From Macrostomum lignano (lineage: Eukaryota), in NCBI GenBank assembly GCA_002269645.1, contig NIVC01004099.1, forward strand, positions 1-60,741: DNA of 60,741 nt, in the 5' to 3' direction. Each line of letters starts with the position of its first letter. Positions within the stretch are counted from its first letter, which is position 1. Below, one piece after another: positions 27,011-39,817 of this stretch. The position numbers and the translations under genes were made by a program. Below the pieces are notes generated by a model, which saw nothing but the letters and a program-made list of their open reading frames with translations, made no database searches and was not told the origin of the DNA.

Positions 27011-29463
27011 CAAGCTTTTCCCCCTTTTAGATAAAATGGCGCCACCCTTAAATGAAGTGGCGCCCTCTCAAATGAAATGGCACAACTCTCAAATAAAATG
27101 GCGCCTAAAACACATGCAGCAGCCCCTTTTGAATTGTAAAATCAGAAAGTCAAAAATCTTTTACTGTTTTATTGATCCTTTTTGAGTTCTAGAACGAGTT
27201 CTTTTTTCAAAGCAATTCCAGTTTTACTTCTAGCTAATGTTTTTGTTAGCTTCCTGTTTATTGTCTGGTTTCGGTTTGTTTAAATTGATAATCCATAGTT
27301 TGTAAAGTTAAAGTACCTAATAAGTTTTGCATTGGCTCAAGTGGTTCAACGCGATGTGCAAGTGAGCGAGAATACCTGCCCGCTTGTCAGCTACCCAGGC
27401 CGAACAGAAATCCTCGGCTGACTTTGACAAAAAAAAGTTAAAGCTCAATGTCACACAATGGTGATAAAGAAAAAGGAAGCAGAACGAACCCCGTGGGATA
27501 AACGAAAGTTATTTAGTGCACTTAATAACTATGACAGGTTCGGAAATTAAAAAAAGAAGACTAACAAAGTAGAAAAAGTGAGAAGCCTCGTGTGTGGTTG
27601 CATAAAAACCACTCAAAAGCTTGGGTGGGGCGGCTCAAGCGCCCATCCCAGCAAGACAGAGTGAGAGAGACAAAACATAGCAAACGACACCCAGAAAGGA
27701 AGACAAAAAAGGCCCAAAAAACAACATAGACAGAGTGGATGCGAGAAGAAAGCAGTCGGTTTAGCAAAAAGTTAAACAATTGGGCGTTGGCCGCAAAGGC
27801 TCCCACAACACGCCGAGAGCTGCTCATTAGAGGCAGACAGCGCAGGACGGCGTTGCTGCGCCAGCCGCCAAGCTGTTTCACGTCATCGACCGTCGACCAT
27901 CGACCGTCGACCACGATCCCGGCTGGAGCGGAAGCTGAACAGTGCCATTGGGTGTCTTGGTCGGGCAGATGACATTGCTCTACAGAGCGGATGTTCTATG
28001 GCCAGTATTGGCCGCTGAACATACTCGTACTCATGGTCCCGTTGCCTCAGATGATCGGTTTTTGACACCCGGATCCCGTTGATGCGCCACTTTAGGTCAC
28101 TTGCGTTGAGAACCGGTTTGCGCATCTGAGCAGGCCAGTCCAGCAGTAGGAATGCGCTGAACTGGTAAATGCGCAATAGCTAGGACCTCTTGGACAGCAG
28201 CTCCTCTCCTCAGTAGTAGACCCTGTTGCAACTGGACGCCCAGTCTCTTTCTTCTCTCTCGCTCGTCTCTTCTCTCTCCTATTTTATCTCTTCTCTCTCC
28301 TTTCTACTCTCTTTCATCTCTCCTCTCTTTCCTCTGGCCCGCAGCCATGAGCTGGGATTCTTCGAGGTTAAAGAAGTTTGCCGACCCCAATTTCAAAGAC
28401 TCCAGAGAGTAGCAGGGGTGATACCACCGTTTAGCTGGTTGTGGCTTAATCAAACCTTCGGCCATTCAAAACCGCCTGCTGCAGCTGCTGCAACCGCAAA
28501 CCTGACGAACGCTGCAGAATGTTGATTTGTACATTCGCTTGCATCAAGGACCTGCAGTGGCTATAATCTTGCAATTGGCTACCCCTAACTACATCAAAAG
28601 AGTGACAGAGATTTCACAACAAAGCCAAGTCTGAGGACTGAAAAACCTATGAGCAGTTTAGATGAGCCAAATTACTCCTGCTAATACGAGTATTTTGTTT
28701 TTTGTTAATTAGAATTATAAAACCCTGTTTAACTGGGTTTTTCAATTAGTTTTTTATCTGTTTACGCCCCCTAAACTCAAATTAAATCTAAAACTTTGTC
28801 TCACTCAAGGCTAACAAAATATGAACCCGAATTGAGTTGCATTCTTCACCTCCGTTCACCTCAGTTTCCGTTTCTTGCGCGAGTTTCATTGGCCAACCGA
28901 AACGTCTTCACGTCTATAAAATCGGCCAGCTCAGAATGACTGGGACAAACTTTTCACAGGTTGTTTTATATTCCCGGCAAACTCGGTGTGCTGATATTTT
29001 TCATTATGGAATCTAAAACAATGAACGAAACAACATCTCTGGGTAAGTTGTTCATGCATTTTATTGTAACAAAAACGAAAGTATTCTTGATTACGAGTAA
29101 CAGTATGATACCAACCCATTTTCCGCCTGTCGAACTACCAAAGGAGGGGTTAACATTTGCAGGTTAACATTAACGGGAAAATGTAGGCACACGAAATTCA
29201 AGACCATGGGCTAACTTTTTGTTGCGCACCATCTCTAACAAGAATCAAGTCGACAGCTCTCCGGACCATCGAGATATTCGACGATTCTGCCAGAAGGTCG
29301 GATTTTTTCCATAAGCGCCAGTGTTTCCATAGGCAACCTTCAACGGGTTGCATCAGTGACTATGACTATAGACACTCATATTGCTAGTATTTAAATATTA
29401 AAAATACATTTAAAGGCATTGCCTCTCTCTGGCTATCAATTACAATTTAAATGTAAGTAGTAA

Positions 29464-29777
29464 TTCCTGTGGAGTGATGGGGGTTGTAGCCTAGGGACTC
29501 ACGACCAAAATGTCGGGGGTTCGATTTTCGATCCACTCGGGAAAATCTGTGCCCTTGAGCAAGGCACTTAACTCTGTATTTCCTCAGTTCACCCAGCTGT
29601 AAAATGGGTGCAGCATTACCTGGAGTAATTGAAGGTGTGTGGCGACCCCCACCCCAAGTTCTTGGACTGAACAGCCGTACGCAGGCTTCAGGTGTGCCGC
29701 GCAATAGCTGCGGCTGAGCTGTCGGTTGCACATCTGCCCATTATAGCAGGTGAATTCAATTAAAAACTATTATTATT
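29464..29777 (+). mobile_element. tRNA-derived SINE with a CORE-like central domain
   Basis: Box A-like TGGAGTGATGG and box B-like GGTTCGATT, followed by GTGCCCTTGAGCAAGGCACTTAACTC..CCTCAGTTCACCCAGCTGTAAAATGGG, which resembles the MIR CORE consensus. Ends in a (TAT)n tail. Confidence 0.7.
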
Positions 29778-30475
29778 GAGTGTACGGTACAGTAAATTGT
29801 ACCTTATTATACCGGTACCTTTTAGAGTGTACCTTACAATGAATTCAATGATTTTTTGTGCTTTTTCCAAAGACAAAAGTGAATATTCAACCATCACTCG
29901 GACTCATGAAGGCCAAATCCAAATAAGGATCAGAGAGTGCTTGACGAGGAGATACTTGTAATCAGGGCCGCTGTAGACCGTGTTTGCGAACGCGTGCCTG
30001 TGAACATATTCGTGTTCTCAGGGGTTCGGCAAACGTGCGTCTAGTAAACGTAACTACAAAAAGTATACTTTCAAACTATAGCACAACAGGGTTCGGTTCA
30101 AATTTATATTGCAATTTTTCCAACAGGGCACTTCAGCTACTCAACGATTTCAAGCACTTTACCGTAAATAAAGAGAGCAATCAGAAGAGATAGACAGCAG
30201 ACACTTGTAGTGTAAAAAATAGTTTTAAAGCACAACGCGTCTGGACGATGAGAAGCGTAGCGATTTGTTTGGATTTCAGTTTAACAAAAAACACTCTGTT
30301 TGAGGAGGGAGGCAGCATTCAATCGTTTCTTTTTACTGTGTTTTGCGAGTAAACGTTCTTTCCATCCGCTTAAAAATAAATAGAGTTTTTTTGAGAAACT
30401 ATAACTCAGTTATCATTGCATCGCTTTTAACTGTTATTGGAAAGAATAACCGGATGTCTTACTGACTTCCCACAG

Positions 30476-31740
30476 AGACGCTTTCAAGTCAGTCGTCGCT
30501 CCTTCAGGCTGCCAAAGTCGCCATTCTGATATCAAAGAACCTGAGGATTTACATTGCACCACCGCTGTTTGTTGTGGCCACCATTGGTGCAATTTTCGTC
30601 ATCTACTGCGTGTCTAAGATTCGGTCTCAACTGAAGGGCAGCCACTTCATCTTGTGCGCCATCACGGCCTCAGACTTCTCTACCATGCTCTTCTCGTGAG
30701 TGCGATTGGAACTATTTGTTGCTATTTCCGGAATGAAGTTAAAATCAATGCATGCCTGAAGATCGATGGTTTTTCCTAGAGAGAGGTCTCGCAATGCAGT
30801 TTATAGTTGTAGTTACACTTTTGACAATGCTTTCACAGGGAAAAGTTTGCAAGCAGCGTCCCGCTTCAGTTTTCTGTTGCAGACTTTACTTACAAATTAA
30901 CCTATATTGACTCATGGAGCATTCTATCGAATTTCCAGATTACTAATCGAGGATTACCTGGCTGACGGACTTAAGAGCCTTATACCCAATATAGGCGTGC
31001 CGCACCACAACTACACTTGGGCCTGCAAGACCTGGTCGTTCTTCTGGATCCTGAGCAACAGCTTGTCCTCGAACCTGCTATGCCTGATGGCCGCTGACCG
31101 AGTGTACGCTCTTGTCTGGCCTCTGCAACATCGGGCGAACATGACCAAGGCCCGCTACTGCATCGCTCTCGGGGCGTTCATCTCCGTCTTCGCCATCGTG
31201 TCGGTTCACGGCATTCTGCTGTACGAATCCTACGAATATTACGGAGCTCGGTACTGCTACGTGATTCTGACTGTCGACCCAGCTGTCGGTCTGGCTGTCC
31301 AGCTGTACACCAACCTGGTGATGAATGGTTTCGTACCTGGCATTTTTCTGGCTGTCATCAACGTGTTTCTCTGCTATCGCATCTGGCGAATCCGAACCAG
31401 CCCAGTTCGCTACGGAGTCACCGACCAGCCGAGCAAAGGTCAGGTTCGAACCAGCGTCACCCTGATCATCATGGCTGCTGTTTACCTGATCGCCTCCGTG
31501 CCCAAGGCTGTAATTTACTTTATTGTTTTCCTACTAAACTATAATTTGATTGATTCCGACAACTCTGCCGACATTCTGTCGCTCATATTTCCGTTGGCAA
31601 AGTGTCTGAACTATCTGTTCTACGTCAACTGCGCTCTGAGCTGGGCCGTGTACTGCGTTCGGGTTCCGCTGTTCAAGAAGCAGCTGCCCAGATGCGGAGG
31701 CGACGGCAATGTCAGCAGCACGGGTGGCAACAGCGGTTGA
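30476..31740 (+). CDS. Rhodopsin-like GPCR, copy 2; exons ~30476-30695 and 30939-31740
   Basis: Near-identical paralogue of copy 1 with the same exon boundaries (TC|gtgagt, ttccag|A) but a much shorter intron. Confidence 0.85.
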
Positions 31741-32009
31741 TAGTGCGAGTCCTGATCTGAAATGGAACTCGTTAATTGTTACAGTTCGACTTGATTCTAA
31801 CCACAGATACTAATAAACTCTGAAATATTTTAGTGTCTGTGATTCTAACAAATGAAGAAGACAGTTGAGATCGATGAGTTGTAAGATATCTTAATAAACG
31901 GACAATTTTTGTCAGGCATTCCAAAACTCTGTGTCCATATTTCTGTTTGTAGTCACCATGAAAATAACTCTTGAGCATTCGCATGTTGATATTAGCAAAA
32001 GTAAACCCA

Positions 32010-33320
32010 TGTTCCGGCCGCACAGCAACCTCAGCCTGCGAGACCTGGAAGCAGCGGGAGGCCTACTGACTCTCTGAGACGGAATCCCGTCCACTCTCTG
32101 CAATCCTCTCAAATTTAAAGCCAGCATTCCGCCAACGTCATAAGGCCAGGATAACTGGAAACCCCATGAAATCCACTGCTTCACTGACGGGTCCCCATGA
32201 AATCCACTGCTTCACTGACGGGTCCCCATGAAATCCACTGCTTCACTGACGGGTCCCCATGAAATCCACTGCTTCACTGACGGGTCCCATGAAATCCACT
32301 GCTTCACTGACGGGTCTCCATGAAATCCACTGCTTCACTGACGGGTCCCCATGAAATCCACTGCTTCACTGACGGGTCCCCATGAAATCCACTGCTTCAC
32401 TGACGGGTCCCCATGAAATCCACTGCTTCACTGACGGGTCCCCATGAAATCCACTGCTTCACTGACGGGTCTCCATGAAATCCACTGCTTCACTGACGGG
32501 TCTCCATGAAATCCACTGCTTCACTGACGGGTCCCAAATCAACTCCGCCTTTGGCTATGGCTACTGCATCGTGTCTTGAGGGAGAACTGTGGTGAGGGAG
32601 AATTTCTACCAGCACACCGGCACCTGCTCCACCGTTTTCCAGAACGAAGTTCTCGCCATCAGCTCCTGCGCCATAGAGCTGTACAATCAGCGCGTCTGGG
32701 AGAAGGAGATTACCCTCCACTCGGACAGTCAAACGGCGATTCACGCCCTTGAGCGCACCACCACCTGCTCGCGTACAGTCCTCGACTGTATCCGGCAGCT
32801 CAACCGCTTAGGCGCCTCTAGCAAGGTGTCCCTAAGGTGGATCCTTGGGCACTCGGGCCACCCCGGCAACGAGCTGGCCGATCGCCTGGCCAAGGCTGGC
32901 TCGACCGGTTCTTTCACTGGTCCCCTGCCCGGGGCCCCCACCCCCACCGCCGTTGTCACCACTCATATCAACCAGTGGGTGGCTTCAAAGCACAGGGAGA
33001 GGTGGGCTAACGCCCCCGACTGCCGGCAATCCCACGCGGCTGTCCCCACGCGGCTGCTTGGGCTCAACCGCAGAGACATCAGGGCGGTGACCATGGCTCT
33101 CTCGGGTCATGGCTGCTTTGCCAGGCATCGCCACTTCATTGCAACTTCACTGCGGAAAAATCCGCAGTGAGGAATGCCCATTCTGCCTCTCCCGTATCGA
33201 GAATGCGGAGCACTTTATCTGTGAATGCCCCGCCTTTACTCAGGACAGGCTCACCTATCTCGGCCTAAACCCGGACCTCTCCGACGTTTCCAGGCCTGAG
33301 AACCTCTGCCAGCTGTAATA
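32010..33320 (+). mobile_element. 5'-truncated non-LTR retrotransposon: RNase H domain plus C-terminal CCHC zinc knuckle, degenerate
   Basis: [46 protein letters not shown] and CPFCLSRIENAEHFICECP, with an in-frame stop and a frameshift. Confidence 0.85.
32165..32535. repeat. 30-31-bp minisatellite (CATGAAATCCACTGCTTCACTGACGGGTCCC)n, about 12 copies, inside the LINE
   Basis: Direct periodicity (32165 to 32196); the unit encodes HEIHCFTDGS. Confidence 0.95.
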
Positions 33321-34799
33321 AAATGAATATTGCGATACAGAAAGTAGTTTGGCCCTTGACAAATCTATTAAAGTGATGAAGGTTTCAAAACTATTGATCC
33401 CTATGTGCCTATCGCCGGTCGGTGAGTCCTACCAAACTTTCTCCAATAGTTGCAGGTACGGTAAATGAATAACGCGGATAAAATAATTCCAGATTGATTT
33501 CGATTGAGTGATAGCTCGATTTTGATACTAACTGCTGATGAATAATGGGCTTTTAAATCGTATACTTGCCTCTCGATAAATTCACACAGGATTAGATAAT
33601 TTGATTCGCAGTTTACCGAAATTTGGCAATCAGATTATGACTAACGGAGAAGCTCCTACTTCTGGCCTAATCCCGAGGTCCTACTCTCAGCACAGGACAC
33701 TCACGGCTTGACAGTCCCGCAGATCCCCCGGCCAAATCCTACTAGGTCGAGAGGTCGCGTACCGAGTCAAAACCAAGAGCTCCTATCTAGACCGCGCTTG
33801 CCAGCAACAAACTCAAACGAGGTCGCCGCGAGTGTTACGCTGGCAAAGCTACGAGCGAAGTGCGGTCGGGCAGGGGAAAAGATATGGGCCGGGGTTCGAA
33901 TTTTGATCTCCCTGCGCGACAACACAACACCAGCTGCCCGTAGTCACCAGGGGTTAGCGGAATGGGGGCGGCAACGCCTCCTCGCTGTATCAGGATGCAC
34001 CATAGATCTTATATTCCCTAAATAGACCACTTTGTATGGCGGTAATAGGGAAAGTGCGACCGCTGTTTTTCGTCACTTGTGCGAAAAAGCCGTTATGGGT
34101 TGCTTATAAATTTGAGTTCAGTAGCTTAGGGACATAGACGCTATTTTTGAGAATTTATCAGAACTTCTCATGGATTGAATAAAAAGCTACTCAATCAAAC
34201 TAAAAATGATTCATGCACTGCAGAGACTACTGGCGAAATTGAGTTCAGTAGTTTATTTTTTTGCTGTCGCAAGAAGCAAAATTTTTTACATTATCTTCTA
34301 TGGCCACATAAGTAATTAATGAGTGGCCCATCTTGTGTATATGATCTTTGGGTTGCACGGAGCCCCCTGCAGTGGAGTTGAATCTATTTCCATAGTTGCT
34401 GCAGGTTATTAATTAGTTTATTTAATCATTTTAGTTAGCACGCTTAAATACTCGTAATAAGCTTTGTAAGCGCAAATAACTTAGAGCTCTTTGTGAAAAT
34501 ACGTTGCAAACATTAACTTTTCAAGTTACCACAACGCGGAATTAAGTGAAATGTTTTGAGTTTCAGCAGTCGCATCTCCGAATAATTTTCTCTCACGTTA
34601 GGAGAGCGGCACTAAAGGGTTTCAATGCGATCCCAAGATACTGACAACCAGCCTGAGCATTAGGATTAAAATATTTGACAGCGTCTTGACATTGAGTCAC
34701 AATCGCAAAAACTCTCCAACAGGAAAACTCGAAAATGAAAGGTTTGAAATTCAAAATTTCATTGCAGTCATTGCAAATTGTGACTGAGTCACCACATTC

Positions 34800-35800
34800 C
34801 CAAATCCGTGCTCGTTGATGCGGCAGCAGCTCTTCGGCAGGCTCCACCCCCGCTCCTGCCGACGCCGCGGGTGTCGGAGCCGCTGTGGAGGCAGGCTGTG
34901 GCCACTGCAGCAGCGTTCCTGCCGGCCGCTGCACCCGCACGCAGTTGTCGACGTGACACCGAGAGCCGATTCTCGAGATCTTCAGCGGTTCGGATAACTG
35001 ACTGCTCAGATTGCCACGCGAAAACGGCCGACCCAGTCGCTGATCTTTAACACCTTTGAATGCTTGGTCTCGTCCACGGTGTGCACCAGATCGCCGTCCC
35101 TGTCGGATCTCTGCTCGCGGTAGTTGACCGACAGTACCACCTGTCCCAGCACGTCGATAGCCTTGCCGTTGTACGCGATGAGCTTCCTGTTGGATGCTGC
35201 AGCGGCGCCTTGGTCCCGAGCTTCCGGTAGGTCCTCTCCGATAGAATGCACACTTTCGCGCTCGAGTCGACCAGCAGGCACAGCCAGCAGCCCTGGACTT
35301 TCAGCCGGCACCTGATGTCGGGACTGGCAGTACAGCGCACGGTGAACACCCCACAACTGATCTCGTCTCCGACCTTGGCCATCTTGGTGCCCTGCGACCT
35401 GCATATCCTGCTAAAATGGCTCTGCTTGCCACAGGAATAACAGGACTTGTCTTCAGCAGGACCATCCATCTCATCCATCATGCCGCCGAACTCGCACGAG
35501 CCGGCCATCGCGTACGTCGCTGCCACTAAGTCAGCGGTTTTCTAACCCTCGCAGTCGAAACCTGTAGCGCTCCGGCACCACTTTGATCTTGCCATCAAAC
35601 TGCTCCTTCAGCAGCTTCACGGTCCTCATCAAATCATAGCGGTGTCTGTTCACCATCCAAATTCTGAGGTGGCGGTGTCTGCGTCGCAGCCAAGATCCGC
35701 TGTCCTTCAGCACCCAGGCAGTGCAGAAGCGATTGGCTCGCTTTCTCGCGTCTGGTAGAGTGTCGACGTCCGATGCCGAAAGTTAATTGTCAAACAGGCT
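34800..35800 (-). mobile_element. Ty3/gypsy LTR retrotransposon remnant (gag, CCHC knuckle, aspartic protease), internally deleted
   Basis: Gag-like ERYRFRLR, zinc knuckle CYSCGKQSHFSRIC, protease LLVDSSAKVCIL and LIAYNGKAIDVLGQVVLSVNY, across frameshifts. Confidence 0.75.
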
Positions 35801-36648
35801 TATTCACACCCATTTCACGGCCCGATTTGAGGCAGGAATTGCTCTAGTGGCAAGATGTTGATCGGTGGCTCCTCCGATGTTCCAGAAGCTGTCGTTGACT
35901 GGGAGATTCTGAGCACTGTGTAATTTTGCTATTTGGCGCTTGTTTACTTTGCAGTGGCGGCCTTCCTAGTAGTCTGGGCTGGCACTCGACTTAGTGAAAA
36001 CTCCCGCGCTTAAACTCACCAAGGACTACTAGACTAGACTAGATCTAGTGTTCCTAGTGGTCCTTGACACTCACATCTAAAATGAGTTTCACACGAAGAC
36101 ACGTGAACACACGAAGAAGTAATCTTCCATCTTATTTTTCATTTCTGGTATTTTATCAACAAAGTCGTGAAGCCTCCTGGGAGAAATTCTCGGCTCAGAT
36201 AAAAACCACCATTCGGCGACTTTTTCTGATGTCTTTAAAAATATTCTTCTCTTCGTAACGTTGCCTCCTATTGCGGCTCTTGGGCATTGTTCCCAGAAAG
36301 ACAGTTGCTATGTGATTCAGAGGATGACAACAGAACGGCGCTGTGTGTCAGTTCTTCTATCAGTGTTGCTCATTAAAAAAGCGATGACTTATATACTTTA
36401 TATGCCTTGGTTTCACAATGCTCTGCAGTTTCAAGCAGAAAAACGAGGCTAGTTGAGCCAGTATCAGACTAAAAAATGAGATCTCAAAGATTTTGGCAGT
36501 TTGAAGCCGATAGTCAATAAATCTGTATCTCATTTGAAGTCAATTTTATAACTGCTCGCTAATTTGTGAGTTACAGAATCAAACTTTTCTAAAACCTCGT
36601 CAATGGAAATGAAACTCCAGTTCAGCATTCAAAACTTCATTGGGCACA

Positions 36649-37312
36649 TTAGCGCACATAGTAGTCTCCAGCGATGTCCTTCAGGCTGGCAGGCAGGTAG
36701 GCGACCGTCAGCAAGTGGCACAGCAGCTGCTGTCGAGCGAACAGCACAGCCTGGCAGTCAGCGCTGGCCTGGCACAGCGTGGCGCACTCGATGTCAGACC
36801 TGGCAGCGATGGTCCAGAAGGCCTCGGTAGGCACACCAGCAGTGGCAATCGAATGCGGTCTCTCTAGCCGATGGAACCCGTCAGCTGGAAGGATGAAGGC
36901 TTAAGTGACAATTAACCTCACTAAAGTGACTCAAGGTGTTTTTTCAACGAACTCACAGGTGTAGACCTGGGTGAAAACCGAATTTCGACCGTGGCCACCG
37001 CAAATCTGGCGCGGGTTTCCGGTGCAGGCCATGTTGCAGTCGGACTCATTAGCGACTCCATGCAGTCCGTAGGAGTTCCAGCAGAAACATTGCGAGCGGA
37101 ATTGCAAGCCGAAGTAGCGGTACTTGTCCTGCGAGCAGACGGCGCTGCAGAATTTCCGTGACATGTTTGCAAAACCGCTAACTTCGCGTCCGTTCAGGTC
37201 TCTGGACAACGCACGGTCTACAAAGCAGCCGAAATAGGAGAACCTAATGACCTTTTCGGCCGAAATGGCTATCAGAAAAATTGAAACAGAGTAGGCTATC
37301 GAATATAAACTC
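36649..37312 (-). CDS. Secreted WSC-domain + PAN/apple-like protein; exons ~37312-36957 and 36884-36649; start codon not located
   Basis: WSC pattern YFGCFVD..SRDL..C..VC..KYRYFGLQFRSQCFC..CNMAC.GN..QICGG. A 72-nt GT-AG intron joins in frame to ECATLCQASADCQAVLF..CHL (PAN-like). Confidence 0.75.
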
Positions 37313-37761
37313 CTATTTTGTGTGCTTTTTGGGCTTAATTGAACTGAATTGAGTGCAATATCTATCCATCCTTCCGCTCTTATAAAGATGTTTCAACTCT
37401 CGGAAGAAGAATCCAAATTTCTGGCTGGAAGGCAAGAATTTATTTGATTGGTTGGCAATTTTAAGTATTTACTGGCAATCAGCCCCCCCCCCTCGTTAGG
37501 GAACCAACAAGGAAGGTAAACATTTTTTGAAAAAAACTGTCGCTTCTGACCCCAGGATTTACATCTCAGCAATTCTCTCCAAGACGCTTCTTTTATGTTT
37601 GAAACCGAGTTTTTACATGACACTTTATTTTTTACATGATGCGTCTTTTGTCTGGCTTGATGCTTCTTTCCTCGCGTTTTTTTTGAGCAATTATGACTCA
37701 TTGCATCGCTTGCAATTGGGATTGGAAATAATAACCGGACCTCTTACTGGGCTTCCCACAG

Positions 37762-37984
37762 AGACGCCATCAAGTCAGCCGTCGTCGCTCCTCGAGGCTG
37801 CCAAAATCGCCATTCTGATATCAGAGAACCTGAGGATTTACATTGCTCCACCGATTTTTCTAGTGGCGATAATTGGTGCGGTTTTTGTCATTTACTGTGT
37901 GATTAAGGTTCGATCTCAGCTGAAGGGCAGCCACTTTATCTTGTGCGCCATCACAGCCTCAGACTTCTCTACCATGCTCTTCTC
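37762..37984 (+). CDS. GPCR copy 3: TM1-TM2 exon only; the large second exon is not found in the window
   Basis: Paralogous to exon 1 of copies 1 and 2 (NLRIYIAP..SQLKGSHFILCAITASDFSTMLFS) with the same TC|gtgagt donor. Confidence 0.7.
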
Positions 37985-38085
37985 GTGAGTTTCATTGAGT
38001 TATAATTTTTATGGAACCAGACTGGAGCTAAATAGAATTTGAACTTACTCGATCTGGGCTGAGATTTTTGTTTTATGAGCTTTCC

Positions 38086-38830
38086 TTATTTGGGATTACC
38101 AGCTCCCTCTCGCCTTCTACCTCTCCCTTCCTTCTCCTCCCCTCCTTCTCTTTCCCCTCCTTCTCCCTCCCCTCCTTCTTCCTCCCTCCTTCTTTTTCCC
38201 CTCCTTCTCTCTTCCCTCCTTCTCCCTTTCCTCTTTCTCCCTCCCTTCTCTCCTCCAATCGAGCCTCCAGGGCCGCCCATGCCGTTGGGTGCTGGGCCGC
38301 CGCCGCCGCCAGCCCCAGCGGGACTCTTGGAGGGCTTTGAAGACGCGGCCTGCTGCTGCTTTCCGTGCTGCTGCTGCTGCTGCGGCTTCGGTCCGCTGCC
38401 GCCGCCCATCATGAGTCCCATCATGGGAGCCCAGGGCCCCATGCCACCACCTGACATCATCATAGCGCCGGGAGGGCCGCCCATGTTGGCCTCCATGCCG
38501 TGACTGCTGCTGCTCGCGAAGGTGCGCGCTGGCCAGCTCCTCCTTGGTGAGGCCTTCTTCACGTCCGTGATGCTGACTGAGCCTCCAGCGCGCAGCAGGT
38601 GAGGCTTGTACAGCATCACTTTGTCCACGGGGTCATAGTCATCGAACACGACGAAGCCGAAGCCGCGACTGACTCCCGTGGCGTCGACAATGGTGCCGTA
38701 GGCTGAGAAAGTCCCGCAGCTGCTGGTCGGTGACGTCCTTGCGAAGAGCGCCGACAAGCAGCTTCTTGGTGGTGATGTGCGCCTCCGGGTTGTTGGCTTC
38801 TTCGCGGGGCATCGCGCGCTTCGTCTCGAC
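38086..38830 (-). pseudogene. hnRNP A/B-like exon (inter-RRM linker, RRM2, Gly-rich tail) with a frameshift and internal deletion
   Basis: After acceptor cag|GTC the frame reads VETKRAMPREE..HITTKKLLVGALRKDVTDQQLRD, then shifts (apparent 2-nt loss) to FSAYGTIVDA..RGFGFVVFDDYDPVDKV. This matches the hnRNP A1 linker, RNP2 and RNP1. Confidence 0.7.
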
Positions 38831-38887
38831 CTGGGGCGATTTGGGGGCGATTTTTGTGAGCGATTTCCAGTGACAGTTCAGGCGATT

Positions 38888-39803
38888 CAGTTAACCAGCT
38901 CTGCTCAGCAGGCAGTTGAGCAGCAGATTCTGAGCCAGTTAACCAGCTCTGCTCAGCAGGCAGTTGAGCAGCAGATTCTGAGCCAGTTAACCAGCTCTGC
39001 TCAGCAGGCAGTTGAGCAGCTGATTCTGAGCCAGTTAACCAGCTCTGCTCAGCAGGCAGTTGAGCAGCAGATTCTGAGCCAGTTAACCAGCTCTGCTCAG
39101 CAGGCAGTTGAGCAGCAGATTCTGAGCCAGTTAACCAGCTCTGCTCAGCAGGCAGTTAAGCAGCAGATTCTGAGCCAGTTAACCAGCTCTGCTCAGCAGG
39201 CAGTTAAGCAGCAGATTCTGAGCCAGTTAACCAGCTCTGCTCAGCAGGCAGTTGAGCAGCAGATTCTGAGCCAGTTAACCAGCTCTGCTCAGCAGGCAGT
39301 TGAGCAGCTGATTCTGAGCCAGTTAACCAGCTCTGCTCAGCAGGCAGTTAAGCAGCAGATTCTGAGCCAGCTAACCAGCTCTGCTCAGCAGGCAGTTGAG
39401 CAGCAGATTCTGAGCCAGTTAACCAGCTCTGCTCAGCAGGCAGTTGAGCAGCTGATTCTGAGCCAGTTAACCAGCTCTGCTCAGCAGGCAGTTAAGCAGC
39501 AGATTCTGAGCCAGTTAACCAGCTCTGCTCAGCAGGCAGTTGAGCAGCAGATTCTGAGCCAGTTAACCAGCTCTGCTCAGCAGGCAGTTAAGCAGCAGAT
39601 TCTGAGCCAGCTAACCAGCTCTGCTCAGCAGGCAGTTGAGCAGCAGATTCTGAGCCAGCTAACCAGCTCTGCTCAGCAGGCAGTTGAGCAGCAGATTCTG
39701 AGCCAGTTAACCAGCTCTGCTCAGCAGGCAGTTGAGCAGCTGATTCTGAGCCAGTTAACCAGCTCTGCTCAGCAGGCAGTTAAGCAGCAGATTCTGAGCC
39801 AGC
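38888..39803. repeat. 48-bp minisatellite (CAGTTAACCAGCTCTGCTCAGCAGGCAGTTGAGCAGCAGATTCTGAGC)n
   Basis: About 19 near-identical units. Confidence 0.97.
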
Positions 39804-39817
39804 TCCGGCACCCTGAC

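Noticed and set aside
34796-36070. Paired LTRs around the gypsy remnant
   Set aside because: The candidate TG-starting ends (minus strand at ~34796 and ~36073) do not match each other and no clear PBS was found.
37527-37761. N-terminal extension of GPCR copy 3 in the ORF track
   Set aside because: The equivalent region has an in-frame TGA in copies 1 and 2 and ends in a CTGAC..cag acceptor-like signal, so it is probably intronic.
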